Below are positions 11,734 to 22,223 of a stretch of DNA of 64,000 bases, piece by piece; within the stretch, counting starts at the first letter, position 1; each line of letters starts with the position of its first letter. The position numbers were made by a program, and so were the translations under genes. The stretch covers positions 62,001 to 126,000 of the forward strand of contig FLMG01000787.1 in the NCBI GenBank assembly GCA_900088475.1, written 5' to 3'. The notes beneath the pieces were generated by a model that was not told the DNA's origin, made no database searches, and saw only the letters and a program-made list of their open reading frames with translations. This DNA comes from Hyphochytrium catenoides. Its lineage: Eukaryota > Protista > Hyphochytriomycota.

Positions 11734-13375
11734 ATGCACAAGCTGACGAGCGTTGAGGCACAAAGGGTTATGTCGGTGCTGGCGGAGTGCCATGAAAGGT
11801 TAGGGTTCATTAGCTGTATTCCAGAGAAGCCGCAGAAAGACGTAATTGACAAGCTGGATGAGTTTCGTTGTCTTGATTGCTCTGAGCAAATTCGGAAGAT
11901 GTGGCGTCTTGAGGATGACTTACACGCCTCGAATAACACAAAGCCCGGATTCACCAACCCCATCGACGAGCAGGAGGTAAGTCTCCAGGACTGTCACCAG
12001 CTTATATGTACTAACTTTTTGCTCCATTGTGAAGGCCAAGAGCTCTGTGAAGGCTTTATGTCGGTGCCTGAGAGACAATAAGTCTGCTCGGGATGTACTA
12101 AATAAGCACCGGAAGTCCAAGTTCTCCCAGTCTATGACAGAGTTCATCAAGATTTGCGTTGACACGTCTGAGCATACTTATCGGAAGCTGTGCACCACAG
12201 TTGAGGATGACCACTCGAAAAAGAGCAAGTTAACAGAGTTAATTGAGAAGGCCAACACGGCAGAAGAGAATAGGTAAAGTCCGCATTCGAGACTCAGTTG
12301 CTCCATGCCTGGACTCTAAAGCTGCTGATGACTCACTCCAGACAAGCCTTGGACCACCAATTGAAGCTGCTTCGTCAGGATCGAGCAAGAGAGACTACTA
12401 ATCTGCAACAGATAATCCAGAAAATGACAAAGGAGATCGACAATCTCAAGAAGGTGCGTCAACCTACGTTAGATCCCATCGGTATCAGACCTAAAGGTGG
12501 GGGAGGAGGAATCAGAGGAAGAGAAACTTGGACCTCTTACGGAGGGGCTGAACAGATTTGCAACCGGCAGAGGAGCAGCATGCAGTGTGAACGTTGCTAA
12601 AGAACAAGGGCCGGGAGGGCTCCTACAGTTCATGAACACAGAGTCCTATTCGCTAAGCCTAAAACTTGTCTTAGACATCACAAAGCGAAGTGACCTTGGT
12701 CGAGAGCCAAGAAAAAGAGACCAGAGACAGACATAATGACCTTTATGCGAAAACTACCGAGGTGCTAAATGCAGAGCACACCTCCGAGAAAGAAGCGTGT
12801 TTGAAGGCTATCAGTGACCATCAGGCAGAGGAGGCTGCACTGAGAAAGAAGAAAGGCAAACTAGGTGCAGTACCGGCGACCGTACATCGCTTCTCTGTTT
12901 TTTGAGTGCCATTTCCTGTTCCCATTCGCAGGCACCTTAAAAAGTCTTTTGGAACTTCTAAGTGACAACTTATATTTCTTGCTTGGAATGCTAGAAAATG
13001 AGCTGCAGAGCTGGATAGAGAAGTATGACAAGGACATGTCAGACCTAAATGACAAATTCCAGAGGACGAAAGAACTACTTGCTGAGGAAAAGAAGGAGAG
13101 AGAGGAGCTGGAAGAGTACTTTCGGAAGCTGGACGCTGAGAACGATAGAATACAGAGGGAGGAGGCCTTCATTGAACAGCTTCGGGCCCGAGAAAGAAAA
13201 GCGACCATGGTAAGCGTTAGCTTCTGAGATAATGGTGCTGGATTTCTAAGCCCTTCCCTTCCAGGTACTTGAACAAGCGGCTGTACGGATTCAGAAAATC
13301 TTTAGAGGTTGGCAGGTGCGCAGGGCACTGAAGAAGAACTCATCAAAGAAGAAATCGAAGAAGAAGAAGAAGTAG
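11734..13375 (+). CDS. DRC10: Dynein regulatory complex subunit 10 (IQCD), 6 exons
   Basis: N-terminus KLTSVEAQRVMSVL, long coiled coil, WIEKYDKDM, C-terminal IQ motif AAVRIQKIFRGWQVRR and a poly-Lys tail. Five frame-preserving GT-AG introns. Confidence 0.85.
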
Positions 13376-14022
13376 ACCGCTGACGACAGCTAGACTGGGT
13401 ACAATTCGTTAGCAACCTCGGATATCACTCTCCTAGGGTCAGAGGTCATCCGCCCATGAACCCCCATGCTAAGGCAGCTCAGCGCATGCAGAGCCCAATC
13501 ATTGTCGAGTTCTATATGGCTCTGCCGAAGCTGCAGCTATAAGTTGTGGCTCGTGGTCTGCTATTGATGTGCAGTGGTGGATCATGAACTCTGATAAGTA
13601 GAATAATTCCTAGCTCGCCAGCTGTCTGCACTTGTCTCCATTTTGATAACAAAGCTCTGTGTTGACTGAAAAGTGCTGAATGACGGCCATGTGTTTGATG
13701 TTCAAAAGCTCTGTCTGTTACATGAGAGACAGACAAGAAAGACTCTTATTTCTAGCAGCAGTATCGAGGAAAGAAAGAGACGCAAGGGGAATGGAGAAAC
13801 AATCCAAGAGAGATGTCTTTCCCCATCGACATTACCCATTATTTCCTCTCCTCCGTCCATCGTCTCAAAAATAGAGAGAGAATGAATCTGTCCTTTGCAA
13901 TGGCGGAGAAAGACAGAGCTCTCCGCTTCCCATTCAAGCCGAAAGCCAGATATTCGAGACAGAGAGAGAGAGAAACTCTTTCTATAAATATTGTGATGTC
14001 GGGTTGGGCTTATGACACTGCT

Positions 14023-14178
14023 ATGACAGTGGCTCAGCTACTAAGATAGGCCCTTTAAGACTTTAGTGGTTACTGACATGCACATTACTTAAAGATAGTC
14101 TGGCACACGTCGCAGAGGTGTACCCACTAGCAATAGTGGTTTTAAACCGAGCAACACCTGTCGTGGTGTGTCACAGTG
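14023..14178 (+). ncRNA. Candidate structured small RNA (two hairpins, H/ACA-like layout); tentative
   Basis: TATAAATA at 13983-13990. Irregular hairpin ~14023-14079, then ACATTA (ANANNA) at 14082-14087. Second hairpin 14101-14173 contains CCACTA-GCAA-TAGTGG, followed by ACA at 14173-14175. Folded by eye only. Confidence 0.25.
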
Positions 14179-14390
14179 GACAGCATCCCCCGCCATCCGC
14201 GATCTCCGCCACAAGAAGACAGAGATTTTGACTGATTGACCATCGGCAGATGGAGGTTCTGAAGACCGTGCAGGAGAGTTAGAACTGCTAATCTTTATTG
14301 GATTTATGGAGTCTAGGTAGGGGTCCGCTTGTTTGTGTGCATAAGATAGAGGAAGTAGGGGTCACTTAGCAGAGAGCCCGAGTGGACACA

Positions 14391-17300
14391 ATGTTGTCTG
14401 CTGCGAGGTATATTGTCCACAGCGGGCAGCCTGTGCGGGCTCTCGTCCGAACTAAACATGGCTATCCAAACGTCAGTTCGGCTTTAATCCGAAGCACGAC
14501 CGGGATCCGAGTGAGTGAACGTTGCCGTTGCTTGTGTTATTGTCGAGCTAGGTGCTAACGCACTTGTCAATAGTTCAAGTCCACGAAGTCGAAGAAATCT
14601 CAGGAAGGGGATGCCACTGGCACCCCCTCAGCACAATGTGAGTGCCGTCCACTTCCGTACGATTCTGTGTTCTTCTCCCTTCCTACGCCATTAGCATTCA
14701 TTTTCTAGGGCCTTGCACATGCCGATCTTTCCTTGGCTTCTAATTGAGTGGTTGCTCGTGTTAAGTGCTTTGACACACCTCTGAGACTCACACTGCACTT
14801 GTAGGGCTCAATAGTATAGAGGAACTGGAAGAGGATATGCTGCTGGACGTGTTTCCCTCACATAGTACTGTTGATCTCCATCGCGTGCAGTACCAAGGCG
14901 TTGGACCGGAGGAGCGAGTTTTTGTTGGAAAGGACTTCTCAGATGAAGAAAAGTTGCAAGAGATGGTAAGTGACGCGACGCGACATTGTCGAGTGCCTAG
15001 ATCACTCTAGGCTCTGGGTTAGAAGAGTGGTAGCTGAACAAGAGCGAGATGGTGCAACTCTGAAAAGAGTCCAGAGAAGTTCAGAGAAGACACCGTAGCA
15101 CACTGGTGTGGGGGCAAAAGAATGCATGATGGGCAGTAAAGGACGAAAGGTGCGAGCTGACTCGAATGTTGGAAGCGTACAAAGTTAGCATAATGTGAAG
15201 GAATGGATAAACCAGATACCTCATGCTGTGAGCTGGGAAGGCATAGTTCAGCGATATCACAGGACGGTTCAACACCCACTAATTTCCCCTACTATCCATA
15301 GTTCTGGGCCCAGGCCTGGAGAACTGGAGCAGTCTCAACACGCGAAGTAACTAAAGAAGATATTGAAGCTATGAAGGAGCGCATTTTATCCACCAACTAT
15401 TTCTCAAGAGAGCCTGACGCAGTAGCCTTAGATGCTATCGCCAGGATGGCCACAACGAGAAAGGATCACCTCCGTCCGGGAGAGAGATTGAATTACTTCC
15501 GCCTCCTCTATCGCTTGAAGATGCATGAGGTGGACCTCATCATCCTGCACTTAATGTCTTGCTTAAAAAGGGAAGTGGTAGAGGCAGAAGGGTTTCCCAT
15601 CTGGGAAGATGTATGGAAGCCGAGAAAGCCGCTTTCTTCTTCTGAAGAGCGGCAAAATGCCACTTCAAGTAGGCAGAGAGTAACGACCGCGGTACATCAT
15701 GAGGATGGTTCTGTAACTATAAAATATGCTTTACGGGCTCAGTGGGCGCAGGTTCAAGACTGGGAGGAATATCTTAGCTTTGGTCGCCTTGGGGATTATC
15801 CACTACATGCGGACATAGCGCTCCCTCTTCTTCGTGCGCTATTCAAGGTCAAGGAGAAGTATGCCAGATTATATGACAGTGAGATTCACCTGAACCCTAA
15901 AATGGCGGAGTCAGTCATGGCGACGAGGATACGGGACTTGGAGTTGCTAGATCAGCTCGTGAGAGAGCCAACAAGGAGGGAAAGCAGCGTGGCAAAGGAT
16001 CCTGAGGAGAGTCAAAACTTGACAATCCTGACTCGAGTAAAGGCCAAGGTGCTTGACAGAGAACTCCAGAAGTTAGGTGAAGTCTACAAGTACCCCAAGT
16101 CTCCACTTTACGCTCAGGTATTTCGTCATGCGGGGTGAATTAACAAGCTTGCGCTCACTTTGTACCTTTTAGCCAAGTAGATCTGTCGCCTCTACTTCTG
16201 GCGACCACTTTGAACTAGTTCTTCTCGTCTCTGTATCTTTTCTTTTGCTTGTCTTCTCTTTGAGCGCTTCATATCGTCGTAGGACTGTTCCCTTCTTTCA
16301 TGGCCAGAGCATCCCAGCACTTATACTGTCCTTTGCCCTGATTCTGGCTTCTTACGTCCTTCTGCTTTTAGTCGAACGGACTTCAATGGATTGATGATGC
16401 CCTCGAGCACCCCTTCGTCAAGGCGATATTCGAGGTGGCAAAACAGAACCAAAAAGAGGCTGATATTGTTTTGAAAGTGGAGCAACCGCAGATCATCGAT
16501 GAGATTATGGCTGAGATGGCCGCGAAGGACAGCAAAGAGACGCTTGATGAAGAGGAACTGGTCAACAATGGCATTCCCGGCATCTATCACTATCGCGACA
16601 CAGTAGGCCAGACTCAGAAGGTGACTAAAGCTGGAATGATCGGTACTATGAGGGCAACTGTCATCAGCGGCACAGGAGATGGAGCTGTTGGCTTCTCAAT
16701 CTCCAAATCCTCATCGGTAGGTATATGTGAACAGTAACTACTGGTCACACAGACGTTTAAAAGACTGCCTCCAATGCCCACGGCACCCTCCTATGCAGCT
16801 CTCTGGCGCCTTTGCGAAGGCCACAGTTGCCTCGGCGAAGGATATGATGATCTTGGACTTATATCAAGGAAAACACTTGTACCACGACCTTTTCGGGAAG
16901 TTCAAGAAAACAAAAGTCTTTATCCGTGCCAGTAAGTCTGGACTACCTGACAAGACGACTCTTTTTCGACCATTGTCAAGGTCTTTGCATGCATCGCCCG
17001 TCTTCGCTGGCTGTTGACCATCATCCTCTCTTGAGTGCGTGTAAATTGAGCTCCTTTAAGTGACTGTAGCCGAGGAAAGGAATCGCATATCTAGCCTCCT
17101 AACCTATTACGCAGCTCCACCTGGCAGTGGATTGAAGTGCAATAGGAACCTTCATATCATCTTGTCGGGCCTTGGCATCGAGGATGCGACTGCATGGGTT
17201 GTAGGAAACCGCAACCCACATAATGTGCTCAAGGTGACTGTTGCCCCAACTTTGAAATCTATTTGACAGTCCTTGGTTCCGTCTTGCTTCGTGGAGAAAT

Positions 17301-17524
17301 CTTACTCTGAAGCCCCGCCTTCAGCTCTTGCATGTCCATGGCTCTCAATGCTTCTGCCTCCGTAGTTTCTGACTTTTGGGCTTTTGATACAGGCCACATT
17401 TCTCGCGCTTGCAAGCCACTCCACGCCGGAAGATACGGCGGCGGCACGTGGCAGGCGATTGGTGGATCTGAACGTTGCATTCGAAGAGTTTGTCAACAGA
17501 TATCGCACTGGGGCTTCAGCCTAG
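14391..17524 (+). CDS. MRPS5: Mitochondrial ribosomal protein uS5m with a long N-terminal extension, about 8 exons
   Basis: Arg/Ser-rich acid-free presequence MLSAARYIV...GIR|FKST. C-terminal S5 motifs TQKVTKAG...RATVISGTGDGAVGF, LYHDLFGKF, PPGSGLKCN, LGIEDATAWVVGNRNPHNVLK|ATFLAL, TPEDTAAARGRR. Confidence 0.85.
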
Positions 17525-17646
17525 ATGGTTAGCATTACCTAAATTAAATATTCACACTTAGCTACCTCGAAGGCGGGTGTTCTGAGCTACCAATTCTCTG
17601 TGCTACGAGACCCACGGCGACCTTCTGACCGCAGGTGTACCACCTT

Positions 17647-19577
17647 TCATGACTCCTGGAGTCTCGCCGGCTCGTCCTTATCTGCTGTCTTCAAATCTCC
17701 ATCCCAAGGCAGCAAGGCCATCAGTCGCGCTCCTAGTGCGTTGAATTGATGTCTTTCCCATTGTGCCCTTTCTCTCACGAGTGCACCTTCCTGCCAATGG
17801 TCGGAAGGGACAACTCCGGCCAGATACCTATTCAGGCAGTAGCAGAGCGGACCTCGGTTAAGTGACCTCAAACAATTTGCATCATGTCACCCACCTCTTC
17901 AGTTGCTCCGTTGCATACCGACGATTAAGTGGCACGGGGGGAAGAAATCCCGTGTATACCACTTCCCTTGGTTCCAGTCCTCTATTCTCATAACTGTTGG
18001 CATGAGGCAGTCTATAATCCCATACTACCACCGACCCTGAACGAACGGGTATGTGTTCCATTCGATTGATGACTTCTGCGTCTTCTCTCGGTCGAATGGG
18101 GGAAAAATCACCGACACAGACGGTAGGTCTGTCTGACTGAAAGTCGAGCGGGATGTCGTCTTTGTGTCGGGCGAAGTACGATTCGAACTCTTTATGAAAT
18201 CCTGGGACGCATTCAAAGCCACCTAGGCAATGGCAGTAAATCCAAAAGCTGAGATGGGAAGCCTGAAACCTGGCTGAAAGAGTTGTACACACGAATGAGA
18301 TTCCTTACCGGTATTGGGTTCCAAATTGTCAGTAAGAGAGACAAAGCACTGAATGGGCCGCCATCGGGGTACAGCTTTGTCACTCTCAAACATCTTCAAG
18401 GGACAGCAGTCCAAGTGTGGCGTAAGTGATCGCTGAAGAGCCTTCTTCTTCCCTTCCGTCTCTCCCTGCCTGGTGATAGCTCTAGAAAGGCTGTCTGGCA
18501 CCCTAAAGCAAACCCTGTCCACATAGTAATACCCCTGCGTGGGATCAAAAGAGCCAAAAGGATGAAGGTAGCCAGGATTGTCGCCTATGGCATACGTCCT
18601 CTCCCACAGTTGAGAGATGAGAGCGAAGAGCTTCTCGTTCTGCATCAGCTTCATTTTCCAAGACGTATAGAACACGTCGATTATCCCGCCGGCCCCGCCC
18701 GTCGAAGAGAGGTCTCGCAGTCTCTCCCCTGTCTCATGCAGGTTTGCAGGATCCTACCCAGCAGGCAAAACAAGGGCAACAAAAGCGGCATTACGCTGAG
18801 TCTACGCCGAAGACTCTTAATTCATGAACTGAAGCTAGAGCTCACTATGATAGTGATGGAGGTAGAAGCTATAAACGGAGTCATAAAATGAGCTAGCGGT
18901 CCCTACCACGCCATGCTGACGTAAGGTCTCATGCAGCCCTCGCCTTGCTTCCCTTATCTCTTCTTCACCAAAGATGCCATCAACCACCAGAAAGCCCCGC
19001 TCGAGAAATGTCTCGATTTGTTGAGCAGTGAGAACCTCCTCTCTAGGTGCTCTGGGATAAGGTTCGGTGGCGTCCGGGCTGAATAAATACCCGCATTTCT
19101 CTCCCTGGCTGGAAGCTGGACTAGAGTTCCTTTGGGTACCTTGAAACTCTGTGGCTGCTTGGCTTGGCTGCTGTTCTGTAGTAGCATCGCGGATGATGAG
19201 GTCGAACTATTCTACTTGTTTTTGTTGCAAATGTTGGAGCCAACTAGCTTGGAAATCTAGAAGTAGGAAGCTGAAGTGGATGCGAACGAAAGGGAGGAAG
19301 AATAGCAAGCGACAACTTGACGATAGAAGCAGGAGGTACGTCGCCAGTAGCCATTTCGCAGGCGGAGCTTGATACCTTGCCTTGCCCTCTTCTTCGTGTC
19401 GGCACTATAGTCGACATTCTTTCCCAGGAGTTGTTTGACGGTCTTCAGTGACTGAACTCGTTCCAAAACTAGCCGCTTATCGCCGCCCCCTGCCTTCAAG
19501 CTCCTAATCTCATCCTCTAAACACTTCTTCTTCTCCAGGAGCTTCTCTTTGGTGCCAATCTTGTCCTGGAGACTCAT
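17647..19577 (-). CDS. Fe(II)/2-oxoglutarate dioxygenase, PhyH/DUF1479-like, with a WHEP-like N-terminal helical hairpin; multi-exon
   Basis: LTAQQIETFLERGFLVVDGIF, HxD motif PHLDCCP, IQCFVSLTD...G|GFECVPGFH, distal His in WDYRLPHANS and conserved R in PREVVY. Confidence 0.8.
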
Positions 19578-20472
19578 GGCTGATACGAGTTAATGGCACA
19601 ATAATCCGTTCAGCATCTGGCGCTCAAGAGACGCCACGGTGACTCAGACCACTGGTGAACCGCCTCTCGCAAGGGACGGAAAGGTTGTTTCATCGCTGCA
19701 ATCCCAGGAGAAAGTCGACGAAGGGGAAGTCATTCATCCAAGAAGTAGAAGGTCGCTTTGTCTGTCTGGGTCTTGCCAAGTGTGGCCACTCTATAGTGTG
19801 GAAACGACCTTTCTATCTCAAACGGGCGAGCGACAGTGATGAATTTGCCTGTTCCATCATCGTCCTGGCTCCACACTGCGCAGCTGCGCGCCCCGCTCGA
19901 GGAGTCTGAAGCACGCCAACGACGAAGACCAGATCAGAACCATCATCCACTTGCTCAATCATTCCTAGAGCTCACGACGGGTTTACTGGGTATCAGTCAG
20001 AAATATGGGTAACTACCCTCTTGGAGTGAAGACCATAAGAAAAATTAAACTGGGAATCAAGAAATCGATTTATGGGTAGGCAAAAATTATTGTGGGCAAG
20101 GACAAGCTCATGTTTGAGTGTTGAATGAAGCCGCAGCTTCATCGCTCAGCGCTCAGAAATCTGCACTCGATCTGCGGCAAACAAGCGCTCCACCTCATCC
20201 GATAGTTCGTTGTGTCAGTGAAGCGTCCCTTTGGACTCCCAGGCAGTTGAAAACTGAGAGACAAGCCCTTAACTTTTTACGGAGAAGTTTACTGGGGAGC
20301 TAGCTGTGATCCTTTAATCCTCTCTGCGAACTGAACGAGGGATGCTCCATGTTCGCGTGCAGAGGACTCATCAATCAGTTTCATAGGCATTGCCGCTGAA
20401 ACCTGCCTTCATTGAAGCGTTTGGTGCTTCATAACTTCCTTTCAGCCCGAGGCCATCTACCAGCGCTAAAAG

Positions 20473-21487
20473 ATGGAGGAGGTCATTGCTCGTGCGGCTT
20501 TTCATGGGGAAGGCAATGTTCACAAGCTCCTTCACACCGCACACAGTATCCTTAGCGAACTTCGAGACTTGAACTTACAGAGTCCATCCTCGTGGCCACA
20601 GCAGTCCTCAGGCGGGGAAGGGGCTTCAGCACAGACAAGGTGAGGTGGGAGTATTTGGGGAGTTGCGGCTGTCGATGACTATGCCGGGGAGTCATATCCC
20701 ACTTATACTATGTATTCATCATTAAATGCAATACCAAGCTAAACTGCCGATCCCTACTAGGCCTGGCCAAGAGACACCCTACAGCAGCGTTCGGCGAAAA
20801 CTGCCAGACTCATCATCTCGACTAGACTTCCTCTTCAAGCAGTATGTACAGACGTACTCCCGCATAGTCGAAGATATAAAGATCATCTGCGGACAACTCC
20901 ATCGTGTGAAAGCAGCTCAGACGGTTCGCACCTTATATAACCCTTCTTACCGCATACTATGATCTTGGTCTTCCTTATTGTCTATCTCCACCCCTATTCC
21001 CTTTAGCCATTGGTGTCCCCCTGCTTCCCTTTTTGTTGGGTAGGCTCACCAATCCACCTCGCTCAACAGATGGCTGTTTCGGAAGATACTTTGCGACTGG
21101 AGGAACAAAGAGATCAGCTAAGAAAGGTCTGTTATGTTGTCGTCTATGCGTACTCTTCCTAGAACTGGCCTCTTTAGCCACTCTTTCTTGCTCTTGCAGG
21201 AGATAGAAGCACGAAACACAGTGCTGAAAGATATCATCGACCGTATGTTGGACCTTCAGATCTGTATTAATACAATGAGGACGGACTCGGACGTTGGCAA
21301 GGTCCGAAGAATAGATGAGATGACAAAGAGCATTCCCCCAGTAGATCCGCTGGCAAATAGCGCCCCGGATCAGCAGCAAGATGATGACAAGGAGGATGAA
21401 CCGCTAAGTACGGCCAGGCTTATGATGGAAACAAACAAAGTATCGCCCGGGTCCTCTAGTACAGGCCGAGGACGCAAAAAGAAGTAA
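20473..21487 (+). CDS. MED30: Probable Mediator subunit 30-like protein, 4 exons
   Basis: Spliced product has three helical blocks resembling plant MED30 as I recall it: AAFHGEGNVHKLLHTAHSILSEL...SPSSW, LDFLFKQYVQTY and LRLEEQRDQLRK|EIEARNTVLKDIIDRMLDLQICINTM. Confidence 0.6.
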
Positions 21488-22223
21488 TAACAGCTCTACC
21501 ACCTCTGACCCTTCCGCTCCTAGTCTACCTCATCGCCTCAAGATGGACTTACGCTCTCTACTAAGTGTCATACTCATTCACGGACTCCGTCAGAACTTAT
21601 CACCTTAGTTCCTGACCCCGGTCGCCCCACTTCTGGCAAAGAATTATTTGGCAGTAGCTGCCTTTAGTATCCCAAAGAGTGAGTCGCCCGGGGGAGAAGC
21701 AAGGATAGTCCTCTCGCGTGCCTCTCCGCCAATGCCTCTTGTTGGACTCGAAGGGATCTATAATATAGAGTCAGAGGGATGCCTCAGCCATGCCAACGCC
21801 GAAAGAGTTCTTCGATCTATGCCTGGCTGTATGCGACAAATTAGGGAAGGAAGGTGTTATTCTGAGAGCGACTACTTGTACTAACATTTTTTCACAACCT
21901 TCCAAGATAATGCTTTCACGTAGAATCAGCCTAATGCGACAATACAAGGAAGGTATCTTTCGAAGATCGTCTTGGTTGAAGCTTCTGAAGAATTTTGAAG
22001 ATGCTGCATCGTAGCTCACATTGCCATTCTTAGAAAGTACAGGGGTTCTAGTCAGTAATAGCAGAGGGAGCAGAGAGAAGGTTGATCCTTCGAACCGCCC
22101 TCATCACCCGCAACAAGCCGTAGAGCTCTCCACTAAGAGACAATTCTTGACCGGAGCCAGGGTCAGAAAGGCTCGAGTAGTTTCCGGAGCCAAGCTGGAA
22201 CTCTGATGCATATTTTACAAATC

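Noticed and set aside
14140-14150. Telomerase RNA template (TAAACC)
   Set aside because: Too short; it lacks a full CTAAACCCT or CTAACCCT template.
21648-22019. Short overlapping ORFs between the MED30-like and DsbA-like genes
   Set aside because: No motifs and no splice support.
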